Shown here piece by piece: positions 39,271 through 48,851 of a stretch of DNA of 64,000 nucleotides. The notes under the pieces were generated by a model. The model ran no database searches. It was given only the letters and a program-made list of their open reading frames with translations, and had not been told where the DNA came from. Source of the DNA: Verrucomicrobia bacterium Tous-C9LFEB (GTDB lineage Bacteria > Acidobacteriota > Terriglobia > Terriglobales > Acidobacteriaceae); contig CAZZWG010000001.1 of NCBI GenBank assembly GCA_964657685.1, positions 13,642-77,641 on the forward strand, written 5' to 3'. Position 1 is the first letter of the stretch; each line of letters starts with the position of its first letter. Position numbers and translations under genes: made by a program.

Positions 39271-40362
39271 CTAGTTAGCGAGACCTGCGCGATGAGCGTG
39301 GATTCCGACCTCACGATTGATGTCAAGAGCGAGGGCGAGGGCACTGCGAGCAGCCTGGGCGGTGACGCGGGGCGGCGTTCTGGTCGCGATTGCATGGAGG
39401 AAGTCTTCTAATTCGAGCCGGAGGGGTTCCACTCGGGGAAGATTGAGTTTCTCGAAAGTGAGGCCTGGGGAGGGGTGTTGTTGCGCTGCAAGAGGAGAGG
39501 CGTAAGCGTTCTGCATGGTGGCGAGGGTGTTTCTGACGATTGCGGTCTCTGCGGCCATTGACGCGGCAAGTGTGGGGTCGACGTTGATGGTGAGGAGTTC
39601 CTGGCGAGCGTAGTCGAGCGAGAGATATTGCGCTGGCTGGAAAAGGCGGAGTTTCCGGACCTGCTCAGTAGAGATGCGGCTGGCGGTGAGGTTTGCGACT
39701 GCTCCGGTCTGGAACTCGAGACGAACGTTGGCGATGTCGACTTTGCGAGAGAGGACGGGCAGGCCTACGGCGCGAACTTCGGTGACGGGTGAGTCTGCCA
39801 TCGTGAGCAGGATGTCAAGGTCGTGAATCATCAGGTCGAGAACGACGTCGACGTCGAGGGACCGCGGGGTGAAGACACTAAGGCGGTGAGCCTCAAAGAA
39901 CATGGGGCGGGTAAGGCGGGGAAGAGCGGCGATCACGGCGGGATTGAACCGCTCAAGGTGGCCAGCGGCGAGGATACGAGATCGGGACAAGGCCAAGGCG
40001 ATAAGCTTGTCGGCTTCGGCGAGGGTGACGGTGAGAGGTTTTTCAATTAGGACATCAAGGTTGGCTTCGAGAAGTTGGCTGGCGACAGTGGCGTGGTGGA
40101 GGGTGGGAACGGCGACGGTAGCGGCGGTGAGATTCAGGTCGGCGGCGAGCAGTTCGCCGACGGTGGAGAAGGTTGGAATGCTGTAACGGGTGGCCGCCTC
40201 TGTTCGGCTGAGGGGATTCGGATCCACGGCGGCAGCGAGGAGGATGGAGTGTTGTTGAGGTGTCTGAGTTGCTTGGGATTGCTGGAGATCGTGCAGGACG
40301 CGAAGATGATTGCGGCCAAAGGCGCCAGCGCCTATGACCGCGATGCGAAGGAGGGTAGGCAC
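39271..40362 (-). CDS. Gfo/Idh/MocA family oxidoreductase (GnnA-like)
   Basis: GAGAFG, VLIEKP, GHLERFNPA and DVVLDLMIHDLD motifs. Confidence 0.9.
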   Translation of the reverse strand: MPTLLRIAVIGAGAFGRNHLRVLHDLQQSQATQTPQQHSILLAAAVDPNPLSRTEAATRYSIPTFSTVGELLAADLNLTAATVAVPTLHHATVASQLLEANLDVLIEKPLTVTLAEADKLIALALSRSRILAAGHLERFNPAVIAALPRLTRPMFFEAHRLSVFTPRSLDVDVVLDLMIHDLDILLTMADSPVTEVRAVGLPVLSRKVDIANVRLEFQTGAVANLTASRISTEQVRKLRLFQPAQYLSLDYARQELLTINVDPTLAASMAAETAIVRNTLATMQNAYASPLAAQQHPSPGLTFEKLNLPRVEPLRLELEDFLHAIATRTPPRVTAQAARSALALALDINREVGIHAHRAGLAN

Positions 40363-40365
40363 GCT

Positions 40366-40596
40366 TTACTTCTTGGGGGCCGCGGGAGTGGGCGTTTCAA
40401 CGGCGAGGCGGCAGCGGGCATAGAGGTCAAGGAGTTGGGTAACCTGGTCGTCGGTCTTGGCGGGTGACTGGACACCGAAGCCGGGGGTGGTGGAGGTGGC
40501 AGCACCTTTAAGGTTAGTGTGGGCGGCGACGAATTTAAGAAGGTCGAGGGCAATGTCTTCGGAGCGGCGGAGTGTGGGAGTGTTGCTGTTGTCCAT
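40366..40596 (-). CDS. Small hypothetical protein
   Basis: RRSEDIALDLLKFVA...LLDLYARC helical protein; ends 3 nt before the oxidoreductase start. Confidence 0.6.
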   Translation of the reverse strand: MDNSNTPTLRRSEDIALDLLKFVAAHTNLKGAATSTTPGFGVQSPAKTDDQVTQLLDLYARCRLAVETPTPAAPKK

Positions 40597-40712
40597 GGTG
40601 ATGTGATGGTAGCGGGAACGTAAGGGCTGACGCAAAGTTGAAGCGTTGTTTGTTCAAGAGGTCATGCGGGATCCAGGCGTGTGAATCCTTCGCGGGAAAG
40701 GCTGAGTACGCG

Positions 40713-40744
40713 AAAACGCCAGTGGTTTTTGGACTGGCGCTTTT
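40713..40744 (-). terminator. Intrinsic (possibly bidirectional) terminator
   Basis: AAAA-CGCCAGT...ACTGGCG-CTTTT. Confidence 0.6.
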
Positions 40745-40819
40745 CTTTACGAGATTTGCGTACTATTTCGCCGAAGTAGGTAGGATTGAATTATTGCTAG
40801 GAAAGCAGCGAAGTTTCAG

Positions 40820-41761
40820 TTACTGGTCAAGCGCAAAGGGATACAGCAGGCGTTGCGCCTGCGTGAACTTACGGCCGAGATCGAAGGCGGCCGTGGCGGG
40901 ATCGTATGCGATCTCAAGCGTGTCGATGGTGGGCCGGGAGAGTTGGGATAATGCGGTACGGACTACGCCCCAGTCGATTCCCTGCCCCGTAAGGGCTTGG
41001 TTGGGCCAAAGATGCTCATCGCGGCTCCCACTGTTGTCGTGGATGTGAAGTTCTACCAAGCGGTCGGCGAAGATCGCGAAGGCTTCGGGCAGGGCGTCTT
41101 TCAGGGCGGTATCGCCCCATTGTTCGCGGAGCCTTTCACGGGAAGCGCGATCATAGCCGGTTTGGTCAGGTTGTATGGGTTGTGCGAGATGGGCGTGGCC
41201 CGTGTCTAGGCAGAATCCAACTGTGCCAAAGTGACCGACACGAGTGATCTCGACGAGGTGCGCGGGGCTTGCAAGATCGTTTGGGATGTTCTCCAGAAGG
41301 AGTTGAACCCCAAGCGGGGTAGCGAACGCCTTGAGGTGTTCGATAGCGGTCAGTGACAGATCGAGGGTCTCTGTAGACCAGCGGTCGTCTTTCAGACCAA
41401 GATGGAGGACGCAGGAGCGGAAGGGGATCTGCTCGGCGGCTTCGAAGGCACGCTTGACTTCGTCCATGGCGACGATGCGTTCGGACTTGGTCCGTGAGAT
41501 GAGGTTGAGAGTTGGCTGGGTGTGGCGTGACCAGTCGGTCTCTTCCGCTTCAGTAAAGATAGGCATGTGCATGGTGGGGACGACCGGGTTGGCGCGAAAC
41601 CAGTTGGCAATCTCGCGGACGGCATTCCGTTGGGTGTAGTCGAAATGGTGGCGGGAGGCGAAGACCTCGATGGCGGCCGCGCCCGCGTGTTGGAAAGCGT
41701 CGAGGTGGCCAGGGTTGAGGCGTTCGGGGAGGACGATTTGAGTGGAGATGCCGAGGGGCAT
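40820..41761 (-). CDS. Sugar phosphate isomerase/epimerase (AP endonuclease 2-type TIM barrel)
   Basis: IEVF, MHMP, LLLEN, CLDTGHAH and LHIHDNSGSRDEHLWP metal-binding pattern. Confidence 0.85.
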   Translation of the reverse strand: MPLGISTQIVLPERLNPGHLDAFQHAGAAAIEVFASRHHFDYTQRNAVREIANWFRANPVVPTMHMPIFTEAEETDWSRHTQPTLNLISRTKSERIVAMDEVKRAFEAAEQIPFRSCVLHLGLKDDRWSTETLDLSLTAIEHLKAFATPLGVQLLLENIPNDLASPAHLVEITRVGHFGTVGFCLDTGHAHLAQPIQPDQTGYDRASRERLREQWGDTALKDALPEAFAIFADRLVELHIHDNSGSRDEHLWPNQALTGQGIDWGVVRTALSQLSRPTIDTLEIAYDPATAAFDLGRKFTQAQRLLYPFALDQ

Positions 41762-41925
41762 GATGTTTACGGTAGCGCATATGGTGATGTGTATTGACGA
41801 GTGATCCCTGCTTTTCTCGGCTTTGCGAGAGTTCTTGATCGCTGGCGGGTGGGACCTCACACAAAAGATTTGTCGGTGGACAACGCCGGAACGTCAGCAG
41901 GGTGGTTGATTTGATGGAGGAAAGA

Positions 41926-44900
41926 ATGCGGCAAATTGGGCGAGGATGGGTGCTGGTTGGTGTGCTGATGGCGGTTGTAGTTACTCAGCCGACATACAGC
42001 CAGGTGGCATTGACTGCCGTGGCGGATACGGTTTATACCGCGAGCGGAGCGGCGGCGCAGGGCACGGTTCTGGTAAGTTGGAGCGCGTTTACGACGGCTG
42101 CGGGGAACGCCGTAGCGGCGGGGCAGACCTCGGCGATCCTAGGCGCGAACGGGGCGTTGTCTCTTTCACTGGCACCCAACGAGGGAGCGACACCGACCGG
42201 TTCTTACTACACAGCGGTTTTTCACCTGAGTGATGGCACGACAAGCCGGCAGTACTGGGTGGTGCCGGCGGGGGGTGGGCCGGTAAAGCTAGCGTCTATT
42301 GAGAATCAGCTACTGCCGACGAGCGTGGCGATGCAGACAGTAAGTAAGGCCTATGTGGATCACGCCATTGCGGCGGCGGTAGTGACAGGGGCAGCGTCTT
42401 CGGTCACGACAGGGTCCGCGTATGTTCAGAAAAGCGGCGATACGATGACCGGAGCGCTTCTGCTGCCCGGTGATCCTGTAAGCGCACAGCAGGCCGCGGA
42501 TAAGCATTATGTGGACGTAAACATAGCGGCGCTGGGCGGGGGGTCGGCGATGAAGGTGAGCACGCTCCCGAGCGCGACACAGACGGTTGTGCAACCGGCG
42601 GGAACGCAGCTAGAAGTCAACGCACTGAACGGTGTGCTAGATGCTACTGGATGGCTGACAGGCAATGGAAGCAACGGTTTCAGTAATGCGCTGGCAAGTT
42701 CGAACTGCACGAGCGGATGCGAGGTCGTTGCGAGCGAGGGGTATCCGGGAGGTGAAGGCGCACCGGCGGCGGGCCTGCCTTCGGGGACGCGCATTGTGGA
42801 TGAGCGAGGAGGTTCTGACATCGAGATATTTGAGAATCCGTTGCCGGCGGGTGGTGCGTCGCTGATTTCAAAATCTGTGACCCAGATCACGACTATGTCC
42901 GCTCAGCAGGCTTATGCGACGCGGCCGAGCACGGGCGAGAACAGCACGGTGATGACGCTCGTACAAAATGCGCCCACAGGCGGTTCGAACCAGTTCCCGG
43001 CAGATGCTGAGTTTCCCCCTTACAACAAGAACAACTACGGCGTGCTGCAGATGTTTGGGAACTACAACACTCAGGGCCAGCATGTACAGGCAGGCAACGT
43101 CGTGAATTGCTATTCGGTGGGCGATTGCCTGGCGGGCGGCCAATTTATCACCACCTCAGGTGGTTACAGGGATGAGGCCGATGAGGGAACGCATCCCTTC
43201 GACCTTCAGATCATGGAAGATTCGCGTGTTTTTCAGGGCACCTGCGGTTCCGGATGTTCCCTTGGCGCGACAAGGCTGACCGTTAATCCAACGGCTGGAG
43301 GGGGAACGCAAGGCGACGGGCGTTTCCTGATAGACAAGAGCCCGAGCAAGGTAATCACGACCGGATCAATCTCGGGCGATGGTGGAGATTACCTTCCGAT
43401 CGTTAACTTTACTGGGACGCACTTCCCTATAAGCACGCAGTTGATGACAGCGGCGAAGGCGACCTCGCAGGCGGCAAACCTGGCGCCCGGAACAGTGACG
43501 TTGCCGATTGTAACTACCGGTTTATCGAGCGGATATGCGATGAGCACGGCGGCACTGCCGTCGACGACGGGCGTAGCGTGCGTAACAGATCAGGGACGCT
43601 TCCCAAACTTTGAAACGGCAGCGTACTCGGTGGTGGACGCAAGTCACGTGACATTGACGCTGAATAAAGTCCACTTGTCCGGTGCAGTCTTGTCGGTCGG
43701 TGGACTCTGCGGCTACGGGTTGGAAGAGATTGCCGATACGCAGGGGCAGATCCGGCAAGTGTTCCCGGTGAGTGGGTCCCCTAGCTCTACACAGGTCTAC
43801 TATGCTTCGGCGCTGACCTATGTTGTGGGAGCGAATGGCGGAACGAGCACGGGAGGCTTTCTGAGCACCAGCAATGCCATTGTGGCCGCTACACGCAATG
43901 GCAATGTCGTCACATTGACCTTCGGGCAAGCGATCCCAAATGTGAACGGACTGTCGATGACCGTGAGCGGGGTTGCGGATGCAACCTATAACGGAACCTT
44001 TCAGGTGACAACTATCGGATCCTCCTCGCTGACGTACACGGCATCGGGACCAAACGGAAGCAGTTCGGGCGGAACGGCGAGCTTTGGAAATGGCGGCTTT
44101 GCTCTATACCCGATGGCTGAAGTGTTGAGTGTCTACAACCCTGCATCAGCGAGTGTTGATGGAACATTCACCCTGGCACCGAACACAGTAGCGTGGGCTG
44201 CGGGCGACATTGTAGAGGAACCCCACTATCACCAGCAGCTCGTGTACGCCGACGTGGAGTACATCACACAGTTTTTGCCGCGTCCCACGCAGTATATTTC
44301 GGCAGGCAAGTTCTATGCGGGTCAGCTTGGACCGGGAGCGCGGGGCTGGGAGATTCATAACGGTGTACCTGCAAGCGATTATCTGAGTGGAGGAGGAACG
44401 CACCAGGTTCCCGATTCAGCGTATCTCGCTGCAGGACCATGGCGTAATTCGATAGAGGTGGATGCGGGTACAGAGGCTGTGCTGCGCATCCACTGCAACC
44501 TGCATAGCTGCAGTCGGTGGGACTCGGGATATGCGCTTTTCGCGATGGACCGAAACGGCGGCGTTGAAGACTTCCTAAGTTACCAACCGCAAAGCGATAC
44601 GGCGACCTGGCAGCTGGGTGGTACTCAATACAGTTTCTCGCCCGGGGCTTTCAGCGCATCCACGATCAACGCAACGACGATCAACATGAATGGTGTTGGC
44701 CTTAGTTCGGCGGCGGCAGGGCAGGCTGCAATCGCCAGCAGCGTGGCACCATCAGGCGCAACGTTGACGGCGACCAACAGCTTTTCCGGAACTGCAATAC
44801 CGATTGCAGCTTACTGTCCAAATGTCTCTCCCGGAAATCCGTGTCTGTTTCCGATCGGCTCGTCGTTTGCACCGAACAGCGTAGGCATCCTCGCATGGCA

Positions 44901-45246
44901 GCCGGCGGGATTCTTTCAAATGCAGACGTTTAACAATGCGAGTCCGATCCAGATTGGCGGTTCAGCCATCAACACGACGGCTCCGCTGATGGTGAACAAT
45001 GGGGCGGGAGTGAACCAGCTAGGAAACACGTGTGCGGTGAACATCTCCTTGTGTGTGAACCCTAGCGCGACGATGACGGTAGATGTGAATGGCAACGTAG
45101 CAGCTCCGGCTTACCACGAAACGCTGCGGACACCTGCAAGCTCTTCAACTGTTTGCAGCGCGGGAGATTTCGCAGACGACGCGAATTTCCATTACGTATG
45201 CGTAGCCGCGAACAGCTGGAAGCGGGTTGCTTTGAGCTCCTTTTGA
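41926..45246 (+). CDS. Large tail-fibre/tailspike-like protein with an apparent signal peptide
   Basis: SD GGAGG and ATG 41926; fibre motifs SKAYVD and YVQKSGDTMTGAL...ADKHYVD; C-terminal DDANFHYVCVAANSWKRVALSSF; G/S/T-rich beta body. Confidence 0.55.
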   Translation: MRQIGRGWVLVGVLMAVVVTQPTYSQVALTAVADTVYTASGAAAQGTVLVSWSAFTTAAGNAVAAGQTSAILGANGALSLSLAPNEGATPTGSYYTAVFHLSDGTTSRQYWVVPAGGGPVKLASIENQLLPTSVAMQTVSKAYVDHAIAAAVVTGAASSVTTGSAYVQKSGDTMTGALLLPGDPVSAQQAADKHYVDVNIAALGGGSAMKVSTLPSATQTVVQPAGTQLEVNALNGVLDATGWLTGNGSNGFSNALASSNCTSGCEVVASEGYPGGEGAPAAGLPSGTRIVDERGGSDIEIFENPLPAGGASLISKSVTQITTMSAQQAYATRPSTGENSTVMTLVQNAPTGGSNQFPADAEFPPYNKNNYGVLQMFGNYNTQGQHVQAGNVVNCYSVGDCLAGGQFITTSGGYRDEADEGTHPFDLQIMEDSRVFQGTCGSGCSLGATRLTVNPTAGGGTQGDGRFLIDKSPSKVITTGSISGDGGDYLPIVNFTGTHFPISTQLMTAAKATSQAANLAPGTVTLPIVTTGLSSGYAMSTAALPSTTGVACVTDQGRFPNFETAAYSVVDASHVTLTLNKVHLSGAVLSVGGLCGYGLEEIADTQGQIRQVFPVSGSPSSTQVYYASALTYVVGANGGTSTGGFLSTSNAIVAATRNGNVVTLTFGQAIPNVNGLSMTVSGVADATYNGTFQVTTIGSSSLTYTASGPNGSSSGGTASFGNGGFALYPMAEVLSVYNPASASVDGTFTLAPNTVAWAAGDIVEEPHYHQQLVYADVEYITQFLPRPTQYISAGKFYAGQLGPGARGWEIHNGVPASDYLSGGGTHQVPDSAYLAAGPWRNSIEVDAGTEAVLRIHCNLHSCSRWDSGYALFAMDRNGGVEDFLSYQPQSDTATWQLGGTQYSFSPGAFSASTINATTINMNGVGLSSAAAGQAAIASSVAPSGATLTATNSFSGTAIPIAAYCPNVSPGNPCLFPIGSSFAPNSVGILAWQPAGFFQMQTFNNASPIQIGGSAINTTAPLMVNNGAGVNQLGNTCAVNISLCVNPSATMTVDVNGNVAAPAYHETLRTPASSSTVCSAGDFADDANFHYVCVAANSWKRVALSSF

Positions 45247-45259
45247 TCAAGTAATTCGA

Positions 45260-45296
45260 CGAGGGGGCCGGGCGTCTTGGCCGGCCCCCTCGCTTT
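45260..45296 (+). terminator. Strong hairpin directly upstream of TerL
   Basis: Perfect 12-bp stem CGAGGGGGCCGG / CCGGCCCCCTCG followed by CTTT. Confidence 0.6.
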
Positions 45297-45314
45297 GCCT
45301 AAAGGTGGGACGAG

Positions 45315-46877
45315 TTGAAAAGGCGAGACGATGAGATCCGGTCGCTGCTTACGCTGGGGAAACGAATGTCATTCGATCCAGTGGCAACGATGTTGATGGC
45401 AGAGCAGTTTTTGCGTATCCGAGCAAGAGATGGGCGTGTACGGCCGTTGCGTGCAAACGCAGCGCAACGGAGCTTTGAACACAGGCGGGGACAGCAAAAC
45501 ATCATTCTGAAAGCACGACAGATGGGGATGACCACATGGGTTGCTGGACGCTTCTTCCTGCGAACTGCACTGCTGCCGGGGACAACAACGTTGCTGGTTG
45601 CCCATACGCGGGAAGCTGCGGAGGGAATCTTCGGAATGGTGCGACGAATGTGGGAGTTGCTGCCGGACGAGTTACGCGAGGGTACCCTGGCGTTGAGGCG
45701 ATCCAACGCGAGTGAGATCTCATTTGCCCTGGGGAGCGAGTTCCGCGTCGCGAGCGCGGCAGATGCAAATGCCGGACGTGGTCTGAGTCTGCAGAACCTC
45801 CACTGTAGCGAGGTAAGCCGATGGCCTGGCGACGCGAAGGCGACGCTTGCCGGGTTACGGGCGGCGCTTGCTCCTGGAGGCGAGCTTGTGTTGGAAAGTA
45901 CGCCGACAGGAGCTTATGGAGCGTTCTACGAATGCTGGTGTGATGCCAGAGACGCCTCCACCGTGGTTGATGAAAGATTTCGAGCTATGTTGCCCGAAGA
46001 GGACGATGTGCCCCCGCAAAGGGAGACCGGCATGGTGCGGCATTTCTTTCCCTGGTGGCTGGAGCCGGCGTATGCAGGTCCGGCGATTGCTTCGGAGGAG
46101 ATGAGTGCGGAGGAGCGAGAGCTTGTGGACCGGCATGGATTGGGTGCCAGGCAAATCGGCTTTCGGCGGGGACTTGCACGAGCGTATGGCACGCTGCGGA
46201 GCCAGGAGTTCGCGGAGGATGGGGAGACTTGCTTCCGAGCTACGGGATCGTGCTGCTTTGAAGTGGATACAGTGGAACGGCGTTTGAAAAAATTACGTGA
46301 ACCTGTGAAGGCATCCAGGAATGGAGCGCTGCTGGAATGGTTATCCCCCATACCTGGCCGGACGTATGTGGTCGCTGTAGACACCGCCGGGGGAATGGAT
46401 GGTGGAGACTTCTGCGCGGTGCAGGTGCTGGATCTTGCGACCGGCATGCAATGTGCGGAGCTTCAGGAGAGATTGCGGCCCGCAGATCTTGCGGAGGTTT
46501 GCCTTCAGGTAGCCAGGAGCTATGGAGACGCGCTGTTGGCTGTAGAGCGGAACAATCATGGAGCGGCGGTTCTGGCTTTGCTGGAGACACGTCCTGGAGT
46601 GCGGCTTTATGAACAGGCTGGACAAGCTGGCTGGCTGACCTCTGCGGCGAACAAGCCTGAAGCGGTAGCGCGACTGGCGATGCTGCTGCAGGCGTCGCCG
46701 GAGCGCTTCCTAAGCAAGAGGCTGCTTGGAGAGTGCAGGACGTTTGTGCTGGACGAGCGCGGAAGGGCGGGAGCTACGGGCGGGGCGCACGATGATCTTG
46801 TGATGGCGATGGCTATTGCCCACGCGGTTCGTGCGGAAGTTATGGAAGGACGGGGATCTACTTGGGGGAGCTTATAG
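45315..46877 (+). CDS. Terminase large subunit
   Basis: Walker A ILKARQMGMTT, Walker B NLHCSE, motif III VLESTP, nuclease motifs VAVDTAGG, AVERNNHG and HDDLVMA. Confidence 0.93.
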   Translation: MKRRDDEIRSLLTLGKRMSFDPVATMLMAEQFLRIRARDGRVRPLRANAAQRSFEHRRGQQNIILKARQMGMTTWVAGRFFLRTALLPGTTTLLVAHTREAAEGIFGMVRRMWELLPDELREGTLALRRSNASEISFALGSEFRVASAADANAGRGLSLQNLHCSEVSRWPGDAKATLAGLRAALAPGGELVLESTPTGAYGAFYECWCDARDASTVVDERFRAMLPEEDDVPPQRETGMVRHFFPWWLEPAYAGPAIASEEMSAEERELVDRHGLGARQIGFRRGLARAYGTLRSQEFAEDGETCFRATGSCCFEVDTVERRLKKLREPVKASRNGALLEWLSPIPGRTYVVAVDTAGGMDGGDFCAVQVLDLATGMQCAELQERLRPADLAEVCLQVARSYGDALLAVERNNHGAAVLALLETRPGVRLYEQAGQAGWLTSAANKPEAVARLAMLLQASPERFLSKRLLGECRTFVLDERGRAGATGGAHDDLVMAMAIAHAVRAEVMEGRGSTWGSL

Positions 46878-46997
46878 CCGCCAATTAAGGATCCTAACGA
46901 CTTGGTTGGAATGCATGGATATCAAGCGAAACAAATGCGCTTCGGACTTGCGTACAATTACGGGGCTTTGCAGTAGTGTAGTAAATAGGAGCAAAGG

Positions 46998-47864
46998 TTG
47001 GCGGTTCTGGCAGTGCAGACGATCCGTCGGATGCGGGGCGGGGCGCAGAGTCAGTTGATGCTGGGAGCCGACGGTGGCCTGTGGGTAGTTAAGTTTCGAA
47101 ACAATCCGCAGGGCGAGCGGGTCTTAGCCAATGAGTTGATTGCGACACGAATCGCTGACGCACTTGGACTTGCAGTGCCAAAGAGCGATGTGGTCGAGGT
47201 GAGCGAGTGGTTGATTGCAAACAGCCCCGAGATGCAGTTGGACCTGGGACGGGGAGTCAGGTCAAGATGTGAGGCCGGACTGCAATTCGGCAGCCGGTTC
47301 GTTGGGGGATTGATGCCTGGGCAGGTAGTGGACTACCTGCCGGAGTCTCAGTTGCAAGAGGTGAAAAACCTGCATGAATTTGCGGGCATGCTGGTCCTAG
47401 ACAAGTGGACCGGCAACTGCAATGGCCGTCAGGCCGTGTTTGAACGGCGGCAGCGCGAGAAAAGATATCGGGCGGTTTTCATCGATCAGGGTTTCTGCTT
47501 CAACGCGGGGGAGTGGAGCTTTCCGGATTCCCCGCTGCGTGGCGTGTACCCGCGCAACGTGGTGTACGCCGAGGTAACCGGATGGGAAAGTTTCGAGCCT
47601 TGGCTTAGTCGGGCAGAGGAGTTCAAGGAGGAGACATTGGGGATGATCGCTGAGGAAGTGCCACCCAAATGGTATGGCGGTGATCTCGGTGACATTGAGC
47701 GATTGCTGGAACGATTGTTGGCGCGGCGCGGCACTCTTCGAGAGTTGATTGCCACGTTTCGCGACTCCGGACGAGAGCCTTTCCCAAAATGGAACCAGCG
47801 AAAGACTGTTGCCGTGGAAAGAACCTTGGAAGTCATGCCGGATGCGTCGAAGATGGTGATGTAA
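46998..47864 (+). CDS. HipA-like (HipA_2 / PI3-PI4 kinase-like) protein
   Basis: Gly loop MRGGAQSQ, VVKF, LANE, DKWTGN and IDQG motifs; SD AGGAG with TTG start. Confidence 0.8.
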   Translation: MAVLAVQTIRRMRGGAQSQLMLGADGGLWVVKFRNNPQGERVLANELIATRIADALGLAVPKSDVVEVSEWLIANSPEMQLDLGRGVRSRCEAGLQFGSRFVGGLMPGQVVDYLPESQLQEVKNLHEFAGMLVLDKWTGNCNGRQAVFERRQREKRYRAVFIDQGFCFNAGEWSFPDSPLRGVYPRNVVYAEVTGWESFEPWLSRAEEFKEETLGMIAEEVPPKWYGGDLGDIERLLERLLARRGTLRELIATFRDSGREPFPKWNQRKTVAVERTLEVMPDASKMVM

Positions 47865-47866
47865 AG

Positions 47867-48688
47867 ATGAGTGAGCGTCTTCAATGCGAATTTGCGCTGA
47901 TCCGGTATGTACCTGATCCGGTGAAGGGCGAGTTTGCGAACATAGGTGTGCTGCTGCGAACTGCTGGTGAGGGTTCCTTTGCGACAGTGCGCTTCACGCG
48001 AGATTGGAGCCGGGTCCGGTGTCTGGACCCGCAGGCTGATACGGAGATGCTGGAATCATTTGAGGCAGAGATCGCGGAGCGGTTGACCGTTGGTGTGCGA
48101 GAGCGGGTAGACGCTAGGCCGGTGCTTGCGACGCTGGAGGATTCGCTGTCCAATACTTTACAGATCACAGCAATGCGAGGAACTCTGGCGGAGAGTTTGC
48201 CTGCCGAGATGGAGCAGTTGTTGCGGATGTATGTTGAACCGCTGAAGTCGGCCGGAGAGCGTCGCAAGTTGAGTGGGCGGAACGCCATTACCGGGCGAAT
48301 GAGGGATGAGTTCACGCGGGCAGGTGTTTGGGGGTTGATGCGGAAGCGCGTAGCCGCAAGCCAATATACGCGGCCGGGAGATCCGCTCAAGCTGGATTGC
48401 GGATATAGGAACGGCATGGTGCGGATGTTCCATGCTGTGTCTCTGGAGAGCGATACGGAGTTGGCCAAGGGGCTGGCGTACTCTGCCGGTGGTCTTCGAG
48501 AGGGTGTGGCCCGGGTGGAGGGCGCAAACCTGGAGTTGACGGCGATTGTGGAGTCTATATCGCAGGTGAGTGATGGGGAGATGTTCGCATTCGGTGTTGG
48601 TGTGATGGAGAGTGCCGGCTTGCGAGTGTTGACGACTGCGGATCTAACGCGCGTTGCGGAGACAGCGCGGCGGGAGTTGCGAGTTTAA
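47867..48688 (+). CDS. DUF3037 domain protein
   Basis: FALIRYVPDPVKGEFANIGVLL signature; starts 2 nt after the kinase stop. Confidence 0.85.
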   Translation: MSERLQCEFALIRYVPDPVKGEFANIGVLLRTAGEGSFATVRFTRDWSRVRCLDPQADTEMLESFEAEIAERLTVGVRERVDARPVLATLEDSLSNTLQITAMRGTLAESLPAEMEQLLRMYVEPLKSAGERRKLSGRNAITGRMRDEFTRAGVWGLMRKRVAASQYTRPGDPLKLDCGYRNGMVRMFHAVSLESDTELAKGLAYSAGGLREGVARVEGANLELTAIVESISQVSDGEMFAFGVGVMESAGLRVLTTADLTRVAETARRELRV

Positions 48689-48786
48689 GTGGATCCGGAA
48701 TGGTTGGCTGAAAGGCTGACCCTGGTCTGCGAGGTTCTTTGGGTTATCGCTAAGCGGTGAACAACGGAAGTAGTTTGGCTTGGATT

Positions 48787-48819
48787 GGGTGCGGCTTCGG
48801 CTGCGCCCTTTTCTGTTTT
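48787..48819 (+). terminator. Intrinsic terminator between DUF3037 and portal
   Basis: GGGTGCGGC-TTCG-GCTGCGCCC stem with a C(UUCG)G loop, followed by TTTTCTGTTTT. Confidence 0.75.
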
Positions 48820-48851
48820 GCGCGGCGCTCGGTCGCGGAAGGGAGAGGTAG

